Of a DNA stretch of 25,623 bases, positions 1 to 8,803 are shown in pieces. Below the pieces are notes generated by a model, which ran no database searches, was not told the DNA's origin, and saw only the letters and a list, made by a program, of their open reading frames with translations. How positions within the stretch are numbered: the stretch's first letter is position 1; each line of letters begins with the position of its first letter. Source of the DNA: an uncultured Bacteroidia bacterium (GTDB lineage Bacteria; Bacteroidota; Bacteroidia; J057); assembly GCA_964560095.1 (NCBI GenBank), contig CAZLKP010000003.1, positions 5,116 through 30,738 of the forward strand, read 5' to 3'. The position numbers and the translations under genes are program-made.

Positions 1-1503
1 CAGCAGCCCTGCGGTTAAGGCTTCGGGAGGATGCTCTTTTATCCACACATCGGCGGCTTTTCCATGGAGCCAGACCCCCATGGCTGCTGAAATGTCTTTT
101 GGGTATCCCTGTGCCAGCAAAGCCCCGATGAGCCCTGCCAGTACGTCCCCGGTGCCACCTGCTGCTAAAGCCGGGTTTCCGGTAGAATTGACATAGACTT
201 CTTCCTTTGGAGTAGCGACAATTGTCCCGGCACCCTTCAGTACAACGGTCGCGCCATATATTTGTGCACATGCAAGGGCAGCATCAAGCCTTTCATTCCG
301 GGCATCTAGGTCTTTGACCCGATGAAGCAGCCTTCGCATTTCACCTGGATGAGGGGTCAGAACGAGATTTTCTGAGGTCAGCCTCGGGGTTGCGGCCAAA
401 TGATTCAGGCCATCTGCATCCAGGACGGTCGGGCATTCAGGGTAGTATTGTTGCATCCCCGTAAGGAAGTGTCCGGTAAAGGTATGGGGGCTGTCATGTA
501 CTCCCATCCCAGGGCCGATAACCAAAGCTTTTTTTCCTTCTACAACATTCAGAACTGCGTTTACATCTTCTGTCTCAAAGTGCGTCCGATCATCTTCGCC
601 TATAGATATGCACATGGCCTCAGGACAGGCTGAGAGCAAAGGGATTCGCACTGCCCCTGGACAGGCCACCGTTACCAGGCCCGCCCCACCCCGAAGGGCG
701 GCTTTTGCCGCTAGAATCGCTGCCCCTGCCATGCTTTTGCTGCCGGCAACGATCAATACATGGCCAAAAGTGCCTTTGTGATCGGTGGTGCTTCTGAATT
801 TCCAGTTATCGCTGAGCCAATCATCATCCAGGAGCGTGGATGGGCAGTTCAGACTGTTAATCACCGATGGCCAGATGCCAATGTCTAATACGCGAATGAT
901 TCCGCAGAATTCAGCTGCCGGCGTAACATACTGGCAAATTTTGGGAAGCTGAAATGTATAAGTGAATGCGGTCGCAATGGGCTGGCTGATCACAGCTCCC
1001 GTGTCTGCATTGAGGCCGGATGGCAGGTCGATTGCAACTGCTGGCAAGCCACCTTCACGGGCTTCCGTGATCATGTCGGCGATGGTGCCCCGCACCTCAG
1101 AACGGATACCTGTACCCAGAAGAGCGTCAACCAGCAAGGTGTCTTTACTCAGTCTGGCAATCATTCCCTGCTCCCAGGCGACCATTTTCACAGGTAAGGC
1201 AAGGAGTACCTTTCGCATAATGGCGGCGTCGCCATCGGTCGGTAATTCTGATTCCCGTTTGGACAAAAGTACAGACACGAATTTCCCTGCCAGATGCAAA
1301 AGTCGAGCGATCACAAACCCATCTCCGCCATTGTTACCTGGCCCGGCAAGAATGGTGAACAACTGTTGTTCAGGAAAATCCCGCATGATTGCTTCAGCAG
1401 CCCGTTTCCCGGCTTCCTCCATGAGCAAAACGCCTGGATAGTGGTGATCTTCGATCATGCGGCGATCTGCTTCACGGATGGTGTTGATATTGGAGAGAAT
1501 CAT
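1..1503 (-). CDS. nnr: Bifunctional NAD(P)H-hydrate epimerase/dehydratase (YjeF_N + carbohydrate-kinase domain); 3' end runs off the window
   Basis: Absent from the ORF track, so translated by hand from the ATG at 1503: MILSNINTIREADRRMIEDHHYPGVLLMEEAGKRAA...LAGPGNNGGDG...VDALLGTG...AIDLPSG (NnrE motifs). These are followed by HKGTFGHVLIVAGSKSMAGAAILAAKAALRGGAGLV and NSTGNPALAAGGTGDVLAG...GVWLHG (NnrD motifs). All motifs fall in one frame, and no stop is reached by position 1. Confidence 0.95.
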   Translation of the reverse strand, partial: MILSNINTIREADRRMIEDHHYPGVLLMEEAGKRAAEAIMRDFPEQQLFTILAGPGNNGGDGFVIARLLHLAGKFVSVLLSKRESELPTDGDAAIMRKVLLALPVKMVAWEQGMIARLSKDTLLVDALLGTGIRSEVRGTIADMITEAREGGLPAVAIDLPSGLNADTGAVISQPIATAFTYTFQLPKICQYVTPAAEFCGIIRVLDIGIWPSVINSLNCPSTLLDDDWLSDNWKFRSTTDHKGTFGHVLIVAGSKSMAGAAILAAKAALRGGAGLVTVACPGAVRIPLLSACPEAMCISIGEDDRTHFETEDVNAVLNVVEGKKALVIGPGMGVHDSPHTFTGHFLTGMQQYYPECPTVLDADGLNHLAATPRLTSENLVLTPHPGEMRRLLHRVKDLDARNERLDAALACAQIYGATVVLKGAGTIVATPKEEVYVNSTGNPALAAGGTGDVLAGLIGALLAQGYPKDISAAMGVWLHGKAADVWIKEHPPEALTAGLL

Positions 1504-1709
1504 GGGTTCGAAGTTGGGATTAACAATTTGGATGGGAAAGGGCGAAGGCACAATTTTTTTAATGATAATTTTTATAACAATGTTAAGGGGGTGTTGATAA
1601 CAATACCGACAAAATTAGGGAATTGGTCTTCGGCTACTGATGTTCTTGCCGGAACCGGGAAGTAGCCCGGAATTTTTTCGATAGATTCATGATTCTTCAA
1701 TTATTGCGA

Positions 1710-2465
1710 ATGAATAATTTGTCAAACAAGGTAGCCATTGTCACTGGTGCGGGTCAGGGAATCGGCTATGGTATTTGTCGTCAATTGGTTGCTGCGGGGG
1801 CGAAGGTCGTTTTAAACGATCTAGATGAAGGGCTGGCTAGTGATGCAGCCGAAAGGCTGGGGGAGACATGCATACCCGTGTCGGGAGATGCTGCAGATGC
1901 TGATGTGATCGCATTGATGGTGAGTACTGCATTGGATCGATTTGGGCATCTGGATATCGCGGTGGCGAACGCGGGGATCACGTTATTTGGAGACTTTTTC
2001 AAATATAGCCGTGCGGACTTTCTTCGCGTGATGGAGGTGAATTTGATCGGTACCTTTTTTCTGGCACAGGCAGCTGCCAACGAAATGAAAATTCAGGGAA
2101 CCGGTGGGTCGTTGCTGTTTATGTCTTCTGTCACGGGGCATCAGGCGCACAAAAATCTGGCAGCTTATGGTATGACCAAGGCTGCCATTGAGCTATTAGC
2201 CCGAAACCTTGTTCTGGAACTATCGCCGTATCAGATCAATGTGAATGTGATAGCTCCGGGGGCAACGGCAACCGAACGCACAACCTCAGATCCAGACTAT
2301 GAATCTGTCTGGTCGAGGCTCACTCCCATGGGCCGTCCGGCCACGGTGGCAGAGATTGCCCGTGCGACGTTGTTTCTTGTATCAGCGGAAGCACGTCACA
2401 TCACCGGGCAAACGCTCATTGTTGATGGGGGTTGGTCTTCGATCAGTCCTTCTCCCTACTTTTGA
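1710..2465 (+). CDS. Classical SDR-family NAD(P)-dependent oxidoreductase, probably a sugar dehydrogenase
   Basis: TGAGQGIG Rossmann motif, NAG, and catalytic YGMTK (YxxxK). The ATG at 1710 (MNNLSNKVAIVTG) is preferred over 1689 because it gives a typical SDR N-terminus. Confidence 0.9.
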   Translation: MNNLSNKVAIVTGAGQGIGYGICRQLVAAGAKVVLNDLDEGLASDAAERLGETCIPVSGDAADADVIALMVSTALDRFGHLDIAVANAGITLFGDFFKYSRADFLRVMEVNLIGTFFLAQAAANEMKIQGTGGSLLFMSSVTGHQAHKNLAAYGMTKAAIELLARNLVLELSPYQINVNVIAPGATATERTTSDPDYESVWSRLTPMGRPATVAEIARATLFLVSAEARHITGQTLIVDGGWSSISPSPYF

Positions 2466-2483
2466 ATCAAACAAGCCCTTTTT

Positions 2484-3257
2484 ATGTTCAGGCTCAATAA
2501 CAAAACAGCGATCATTACTGGCGGAGGCAGTGGTATTGGCCAGGCCATTGCCAAAACCTTTGCTCGGCAGGGGGCATTGGTTTGTATTCTGGATATCGAC
2601 AAGGCGCGAGCTGAAGCCACAGTTGAAGCAATCAGGGGGGGAGGAGGAAAAGCGGAGTGCTTCCAATGCTCTGTGACTTCTCTGGAGCAGGTCAGCGAAG
2701 TGGCGCAGGCGATCCAGATGGAAAACCAGCAGGTAGATATCCTTGTCAATAACGCCGGGATATCCCACATTGGGACGGTAGAGACGACCACTCCTGAAGA
2801 CATGGACCGTCTGCTAGCCGTAAACGTCAAAGGGGTTTATCATGTACTTCATGCCTTTATTCCGTACATGAAAGAGAAAGGGGGGGTGATTCTGAATCTC
2901 GCATCCATCGCATCATTTGTCGGCCTGGAAGACCGCTTTGCCTACAGCACCACCAAAGGGGCTGTGGCGACCATGACGCTTTCGGTGGCAAAGGATTATT
3001 TGCCATACAACATTCGCTGCAACAGCATCTCGCCGGCACGGGTATTTACGCCTTTTGTGGAAGGCTACCTGGCTCGTACCTACCCGGGAAGGGAGAAGGA
3101 AATGTTGGACAACCTGTCTAAAACCCAGCCTATCGGCAGAATGGCGAATCCGGATGAGGTCGCCGCTTTGGCCTTGTATCTTTGCTCGGACGAAGCTTCT
3201 TTCATCACAGGTTGTGATTACCCCATCGACGGGGGATTCCTCAAACTCAACACCTGA
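2484..3257 (+). CDS. SDR oxidoreductase of the 2-keto-3-deoxy-L-fuconate dehydrogenase / BDH2-like subgroup
   Basis: TGGGSGIG, NNAG, YSTTK and IRCNSISPARVFTPFV. It lies 18 nt after the first SDR and directly before an FAH-family gene. The SDR call is firm; the substrate is inferred. Confidence 0.85.
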   Translation: MFRLNNKTAIITGGGSGIGQAIAKTFARQGALVCILDIDKARAEATVEAIRGGGGKAECFQCSVTSLEQVSEVAQAIQMENQQVDILVNNAGISHIGTVETTTPEDMDRLLAVNVKGVYHVLHAFIPYMKEKGGVILNLASIASFVGLEDRFAYSTTKGAVATMTLSVAKDYLPYNIRCNSISPARVFTPFVEGYLARTYPGREKEMLDNLSKTQPIGRMANPDEVAALALYLCSDEASFITGCDYPIDGGFLKLNT

Positions 3258-3282
3258 TTTTGACAGAACCTCACCAAACAAT

Positions 3283-4131
3283 ATGAAACTCTTTCGCTTT
3301 GGTACAGCCGGACAGGAGCGCCCCGGAGTGATGGTGGACGGTCAGAGAAAAGACTGTTCTGGCCATTTTTCTGATTGGGACCGAGATTTTTTTAACAGTG
3401 GGGGACTGGGCAGGTTGGCCGCTCTTTTGAATCAGGGTGCTGATCTTCCGGATGTGTCGGATGATGCCCGTTGGGGATCCTGTGTGGCCAGACCTGGAAA
3501 GGTCCTGTGCATCGGACTCAATTATTCTGACCATGCCAAAGAGGCGGGTATGAACATCCCGAAGGAGCCAATTCTTTTTCAGAAAGGAACAAACACCGTG
3601 GTAGGACCATTTGATCCGGTTTTGATCCCCAGAAAGAGTGTCAAGACAGACTGGGAAGTGGAGTTGGGAATTGTGATCGGAAAAGATGCGAGGTATCTGG
3701 CTTCAGTGGAGCAGGCAAAAGATCACATTTCTGGCTACTGCATCTCTCACGATGTGTCGGAGCGCGAGTTCCAGGTTGAGCGGGGAGGTCAATGGACCAA
3801 AGGCAAATCCTGCGATAATTTTAATCCGCTGGGGCCATTTCTGGTCACGCCGGATGAGATCGAAGATCCCCATAACTTGTCCATGACTCTTTTGGTCAAT
3901 GGTCATCTCATGCAAAACGGGAATTCCAACACCATGATCTTCGATGGCTATTTCCTTGTTCATTACCTCTCGCAGTTTATGACCCTGGAGGCCGGTGATC
4001 TGATCTCAACAGGTACCCCTCCTGGTGTGGGCCTGGGCATGGATCCACCAAGGTATCTCAGGTCAGGGGATGTGGTAGAACTAACCATTGAAGGCCTGGG
4101 CACACAGCGACAGGTCTGCGAACAGGCATAA
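3283..4131 (+). CDS. Fumarylacetoacetate hydrolase (FAH) family protein, probably a 2,4-diketo-3-deoxy-sugar-acid hydrolase
   Basis: KVLCIGLNYSDH, DWEVELGIVIG, HDVSEREFQ, WTKGKSCD and ISTGTPPGVG. The real start is MKLFRFG at 3283; the track's start at 3055 overlaps the upstream SDR. Confidence 0.92.
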   Translation: MKLFRFGTAGQERPGVMVDGQRKDCSGHFSDWDRDFFNSGGLGRLAALLNQGADLPDVSDDARWGSCVARPGKVLCIGLNYSDHAKEAGMNIPKEPILFQKGTNTVVGPFDPVLIPRKSVKTDWEVELGIVIGKDARYLASVEQAKDHISGYCISHDVSEREFQVERGGQWTKGKSCDNFNPLGPFLVTPDEIEDPHNLSMTLLVNGHLMQNGNSNTMIFDGYFLVHYLSQFMTLEAGDLISTGTPPGVGLGMDPPRYLRSGDVVELTIEGLGTQRQVCEQA

Positions 4132-4164
4132 ATGCCTGTTTGTGTTCCCGGTTACTAGTTCCTC

Positions 4165-6069
4165 CTAACTTATGCCACCCCCATACACCATGCCCAGCCG
4201 CTTCTGGTAGGTTTCCAGCAGTCTCATGATCTGGCGGAGTGTCACTTTTTCCAACCTGGTAATTTCGGTATTTGCGAGAAAGTTATCCGGCTGTTCGTGT
4301 CGGGTCATTTGTTCGGCCTGATGGATGAGTCGGAGTCTCATCAAGAAATAAAAAGCCTGCTCTAGTTCGGCAAATTCATCTTCCATCAATACTTCTTGCC
4401 GGCGAAGATCCATCAATCGCTCACCTGTGTTGGTAGATACGAGGCCGTGGTTTAGTGCATTGATTCGGGCAAAATCCGAAATCACCTGCATGGCTCGCTT
4501 GATATTGAGCACCTTGCGTTTGTCTTTCACATCTTCAAACAACAAATTTCCGAAGAAGGTCAGTGGCGGCTTATTCGCCATCGCTGCCCGTGCCAGTTGC
4601 CCAAGAAAGCCCTGAGACCGTTCCTGGAGCAGGCCCAGGATGTGCGAACGAAGGTCATCCCAGAGGGCCGATGATCCGTAAATGGCCCGGCAGTCGAAAA
4701 AGGTGGAACCAACCATCACATTGTCTGGAGTTGGTTCGAAAACCCAGGTTTTGTATCGCTTTTTCCAATGCGAAAGGGAATGATTCCATTTGGGGTTTTG
4801 GGCCATGAGACCACCCGGGCAATATTCAAATCCGACATCGTTGAGATTATCCGAAATACGCTCACCGAGGCGGAGAAAGTATTCGCGCACAGCTTCTTTC
4901 TGCTCTTTGGCTACGTCTTCGTAAATGATGGCATTGTCCTGGTCGGTAGAGAGGGTTTGTTCACGACGGCCTTCACTACCCAGAGCCATGAAGACAAATT
5001 TTGCAGGTGGAGGTCCCTGCACGCGCACGGCTCTCTCTACGATATTCACCGCGATAGCATCCGATACCGAAGAAACAATCTGATTGACAATTTCCGGTTT
5101 GGCTCCCCGGTCCAGCAAATCCTGAATGATCGCGGGAACCTGAAGCCAGCGTTGACGAAGTTCTGTGTTCTCAGAGGCCTGAGCAATCTGATGCAGAAAC
5201 AGGAAAGGTGAGGCACCCTGGCCATGCAGGAGTCGATCTAACTGCACCAGCCCAAAAAATTCATCCCAATCGCGAACCAATAGGTGGTGTATCTTGTGAC
5301 GGAACATCTTCAGGATGGCCTCATAGGCTTTGGCATCCGGGGAGATCTCCAGCACCGGGCTGGACATGATGTTGGACACGGGCTCGTCATAGGAGCGTCC
5401 CTCCGCCACTACCTTGGTACGCAGATCCAGGTCTGTGATAATTCCGACGGGTTCGTGCGCTTCCATGACCACGGCGTAGTTGCGATGAAAGTAACTCATG
5501 GTTCCGGCTACATCTCGAATGCTCTGATGAGGAGCCACTGTATGAACCTGAGTATCACTCAATTCCCGAAGCGACAGGGAAAAGGCGAGGTCGCTGCGTT
5601 GAAAACTTGAGGTAGAATCCGGTTTGGGTGTGAGCATGGATGCATAGCCGCTACGTAGCATCCGGCGACCGAATTCTGCGGAAAAATATTCGTAGAAATC
5701 CTCGTGATTTTTCAGGAGAGACTCAAAGTCTTTCTGAGCAACCTGATACAGCCAGGTATCCGTGATGGCGACCACAGAGCGGATGGCTTTGCGATTGTTG
5801 AGCATCATGGACATGGCACCGAAGCTTTGACCCAGACCAAAGCGCTCTCGATTGACATGGCGCCCATGGCTGTCTTCGTAATATTTTTCCACCTCACCCG
5901 AAACGATAAGGGACAATTCCTGTAGGCTGGATTGGTTTTGTTGGTAGATAATGGTTCCGGCAGAGATTTCTGATAGCCGGATCTTCTCAGATAGTGGTAG
6001 TAGGATGTCCCGCGGAAGCAGATGGAATGGGGGTGTCGTCTGCAAAAAATCCAGGGCAGTTTTGATCAT
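4165..6069 (-). CDS. cNMP-binding + tandem CBS + DUF294 putative nucleotidyltransferase + DUF294_C protein
   Basis: N-terminal cNMP-binding fold (AGTIIYQQ...IVSGEVE...GQSFG), a CBS pair (VGIITDLDLR; IMSSPV; IHHLLV), and the NTase motif ALGSEGRREQTLSTDQDNAI followed by FFDCRAIYG. Start taken as MIKTALDFL at 6069. Confidence 0.9.
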   Translation of the reverse strand: MIKTALDFLQTTPPFHLLPRDILLPLSEKIRLSEISAGTIIYQQNQSSLQELSLIVSGEVEKYYEDSHGRHVNRERFGLGQSFGAMSMMLNNRKAIRSVVAITDTWLYQVAQKDFESLLKNHEDFYEYFSAEFGRRMLRSGYASMLTPKPDSTSSFQRSDLAFSLSLRELSDTQVHTVAPHQSIRDVAGTMSYFHRNYAVVMEAHEPVGIITDLDLRTKVVAEGRSYDEPVSNIMSSPVLEISPDAKAYEAILKMFRHKIHHLLVRDWDEFFGLVQLDRLLHGQGASPFLFLHQIAQASENTELRQRWLQVPAIIQDLLDRGAKPEIVNQIVSSVSDAIAVNIVERAVRVQGPPPAKFVFMALGSEGRREQTLSTDQDNAIIYEDVAKEQKEAVREYFLRLGERISDNLNDVGFEYCPGGLMAQNPKWNHSLSHWKKRYKTWVFEPTPDNVMVGSTFFDCRAIYGSSALWDDLRSHILGLLQERSQGFLGQLARAAMANKPPLTFFGNLLFEDVKDKRKVLNIKRAMQVISDFARINALNHGLVSTNTGERLMDLRRQEVLMEDEFAELEQAFYFLMRLRLIHQAEQMTRHEQPDNFLANTEITRLEKVTLRQIMRLLETYQKRLGMVYGGGIS

Positions 6070-6382
6070 AGTCTCTGGTTGGTGAAACATTCCTAATTGC
6101 AAATACGGATATTATTGGCGCGGTGTTGTTATTAAATCATCAATAACTTAGCTATTCTGATGAAATGTTGAAAAAACGTTTTCGGAGAATAGGGGAAGAA
6201 GCACTGTTTCAGGGAAGAAACACTTTTGCTGCATTGCTTCAGGGAATAGGGAAAGGGTGGAGTCTGGCACTCAAAACTCACATACCCTAATCCATAATTT
6301 TCAGGTTTTTTTACATGTATTTCAACACAAATTCTATATTCCTCATTTATTCGTTTACCCTATATCGCTTACCCCATCCCGC

Positions 6383-7078
6383 ATGATTGAAGCAGTTGTA
6401 TTTGATATGGCCGGCACTACGATTGATGAGCAAAATGTGGTGTACAAAACTTTGAGACAGGCTATCCTGGAAGCTGGTCTGGATGTGTCGTTATCGGAAG
6501 TGCTCAAGACCGGAGCAGGAAAAGAAAAGCGTCAGGCCGTGGCGGATATTCTTCAGGAATATGGATCTGATCGAGCAACAGACCACCAGATAGATGACAT
6601 TCACAGTCGATTTCTGGAGATGTTGTCAGAAGCCTATGATTCTATGGAGGTCAAAATCTTTGATGGGGTGGACACGGCTTTTGATTGGCTGTTTGAGGTA
6701 GGAATCAAGGTAGTTCTGAATACCGGCTATGCGCGTGAAACAGCCGAATCCTTGCTCCATCGGCTCCCGGGGGAAGTCCAGGAACAGATTGATTTGCTGG
6801 TTACGGCCAGCGATGTGAAAAACTCCCGGCCGGCACCAGATATGATTCACCAGGCGATGGAAACCCTGGGAATTAATCATCCGGAATCCGTGGCCAAAAT
6901 TGGTGATTCGATTATCGACATTGAGGAGGGGAAATCCGCTGACTGCGGGATGACCATCGGTGTTACAACCGGTGCCCATACCCGCGAACAACTGCAAAGC
7001 GCTCAACCAAGCCATGTGATTGATCACATGGAAGAACTTGTTGATATTATTCGTCTCAGCGCCCCAGTATCAGACTGA
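6383..7078 (+). CDS. Phosphonatase-like HAD hydrolase (TIGR03351 / PhnX-like)
   Basis: Motif I FDMAGTT, a cap with Lys residues (GKEKRQA), motif II LNTGY, motif III SRPAPDMI (Arg, as in PhnX) and motif IV KIGDSIIDIEEG. The real start is MIEAVVFD at 6383. Confidence 0.85.
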   Translation: MIEAVVFDMAGTTIDEQNVVYKTLRQAILEAGLDVSLSEVLKTGAGKEKRQAVADILQEYGSDRATDHQIDDIHSRFLEMLSEAYDSMEVKIFDGVDTAFDWLFEVGIKVVLNTGYARETAESLLHRLPGEVQEQIDLLVTASDVKNSRPAPDMIHQAMETLGINHPESVAKIGDSIIDIEEGKSADCGMTIGVTTGAHTREQLQSAQPSHVIDHMEELVDIIRLSAPVSD

Positions 7079-8239
7079 TGTCTGCATGATATGTCTTTCC
7101 TCATACCGGCCATTCAACAGATCATCTCCGAGACCGAAGCTCATGGTCATGCCGGTGCCGCCAATACCCGTTATAAGGGTCGTTGTTTCGTCCACCCGCG
7201 CAATGAATTCTGTTAATCCATCGGTACGCTTTCCATAAATCCCATACCATCTTTCTGTGATGGCGGGCGAGGGTATTCTTGCGAAGCCCTGCAGGTAGTC
7301 CAGAATGTAACGATTGAGGTCTTCCCGGATAAACGGGTCGTGCGTGGGACCATACTCATGAGAATCTCCGATGAGGAGCTCACCCTGCGGGTTTTGGGAC
7401 ATCATCACATGAATGCCCCATTTATTGGCCCAGGGCATCTCATTTGATATTCGCTGCTGTAGAGTAGGGAGGCCTTCACAGAACCCAAAAGAGGCGTAGT
7501 GTTGCAAGGTCAGTCCGGCAGCCAATGCAGGTCCCATCCGCCAATTGGCAGGCTGTGGTGCTGTGCGCATCATCTGCAGCTTTGTTAGAACAATCGGTGC
7601 CTGAGAAAGAATCTCTGGAAACAGAGAATGCAGGTCTGCGCCACTGCATACATAGGCCCGGTCATAAGACCAGCTTCCCGAGGTACAACGCAGCCTTCCT
7701 TGTCCGATACCCAGGACATTGGTTGCAGGTCGAACCGTAACTTTCAGGGTTTTCTGCATCCAGGGTAACAGAATACGGGGGGCCTGACGTGCATCAATGA
7801 TGATTTCTGTTCGGCTAAATAATCCCCCTAATAGCCCGTTGGGGTGTGCTGCAGGACTGATCTCTGCTACCTGTTTGGGCCCAAGCAGCTCCACATCGTA
7901 TCCCATAGCCGGCCCTTGCTCTGCAAATTCCCGTAGGATGTCCCATTCGTCCTTGTGATAGGCTAGGTGAAGGGACCCACAAGGATTCGTTGATAGGCCT
8001 GACTGCCTGGCGACATCCTGCCAGATGGCACGGCTTCTGAGGGCCCGCTCCAGCAGTGGGCCAGCAGGCTGACCGATCGGCCATAGCATCCCAAAATTCC
8101 GGATAGTAGCTCCTACGGGGTGTGCATCGCGCTCAAAAAGGGTAACCCTCGCTCCACGTTTGGCTTCTGCGAGGGCAACAGCCATACCCATAATTCCGGC
8201 ACCTATAATGGCCACTTCGGTATGTTGAGTTGTATTCAT
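7070..8239 (-). CDS. FAD-dependent amine oxidoreductase (DAO family, TIGR03364-like, phosphonate-associated)
   Basis: GAGIMG FAD-binding motif, GATIRNFG, KLQMMRT, IGDSHEY, WYGIY and GIGGTGMTMSFG. The real start is MNTTQHTEVAIIG at 8239. Confidence 0.85.
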   Translation of the reverse strand: MNTTQHTEVAIIGAGIMGMAVALAEAKRGARVTLFERDAHPVGATIRNFGMLWPIGQPAGPLLERALRSRAIWQDVARQSGLSTNPCGSLHLAYHKDEWDILREFAEQGPAMGYDVELLGPKQVAEISPAAHPNGLLGGLFSRTEIIIDARQAPRILLPWMQKTLKVTVRPATNVLGIGQGRLRCTSGSWSYDRAYVCSGADLHSLFPEILSQAPIVLTKLQMMRTAPQPANWRMGPALAAGLTLQHYASFGFCEGLPTLQQRISNEMPWANKWGIHVMMSQNPQGELLIGDSHEYGPTHDPFIREDLNRYILDYLQGFARIPSPAITERWYGIYGKRTDGLTEFIARVDETTTLITGIGGTGMTMSFGLGDDLLNGRYEERHIMQTSV

Positions 8240-8346
8240 ATATCTGAAATGGATGTTGAAACTAGCCATTCCCTCTGGAAAGTGGTATTCGCTGAGGGGA
8301 AGACGCACAAGAATTAATGTATGCTTGAAGCTGCCATTATGCGGAC

Positions 8347-8378
8347 AAAAAAAACCGCTTCGGCAGACACCGAAGCGG
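8347..8378 (-). terminator. Rho-independent terminator of the response regulator gene
   Basis: Perfect 9-bp stem CCGCTTCGG (8355-8363) / CCGAAGCGG (8370-8378) with a 6-nt loop. On the minus strand it is followed by U8 (A-tract at 8347-8354), and it lies 32 nt downstream of the stop at 8411. Confidence 0.9.
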
Positions 8379-8410
8379 AAAATTTGTGTGGGTCAGGAAA
8401 AGTGATTCGA

Positions 8411-8803
8411 TCAGACGGTGATCGCTTCCAGGTACCGGGCATTCAGTGGCTTGTTGAGGTATTTCTTCACATAGCGACTGCTGGCAGCCCGGTCAATGTC
8501 TTTGGGGCTAATTGAGGATGAAAGCATGATGATTTTACAGCGATCACGCACTTCATCGGAAAATTCTTCAAAGTCTTTGAGAAACTGGAATCCATCCATG
8601 ATGGGCATGTTGATATCCAGGAATACAATTTCAGGCAGGGAATCTAATTCTTCTTGGTGATCGCGAAGATAATCGAGTGCATCCTGACCGGTCTGGAACA
8701 CCAGAATCTGGTCAGCGAAGGAGTTGGCTTCGATGATCTTCTCGTTGATGATATTATCGATTTCGTTATCATCCACCAGCATGACACTTCTGTAGGCGGC
8801 CAT
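8411..8803 (-). CDS. Stand-alone CheY-like response regulator (receiver domain only)
   Basis: LVDD acidic pocket, phospho-acceptor FLDINMP, MLSSS and KPL. There is no output domain and no adjacent kinase. Confidence 0.93.
   Translation of the reverse strand: MAAYRSVMLVDDNEIDNIINEKIIEANSFADQILVFQTGQDALDYLRDHQEELDSLPEIVFLDINMPIMDGFQFLKDFEEFSDEVRDRCKIIMLSSSISPKDIDRAASSRYVKKYLNKPLNARYLEAITV

Noticed and set aside
400-1665. Plus-strand ORFs 400-633, 962-1441 and 1294-1665
   Set aside because: They are antisense shadows of the motif-rich nnr gene on the minus strand and have no recognisable domains.
3055-3282. N-terminal extension of the FAH ORF, suggesting a fusion or long overlap
   Set aside because: It overlaps the SDR coding sequence in another frame, and the family-typical start MKLFRFG is at 3283.
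6201-6212. 12-mer GCACTGTTTCAG shared with 13230-13241
   Set aside because: Many shared 12-mers are expected by chance in 25 kb, and there is no further flanking similarity.
6257-6382. Track N-terminal extensions of the HAD (from 6257) and of the FAD oxidoreductase (8240-8308)
   Set aside because: Both are intergenic-like sequence, and the conserved first motifs begin right after the ATGs at 6383 and 8239.
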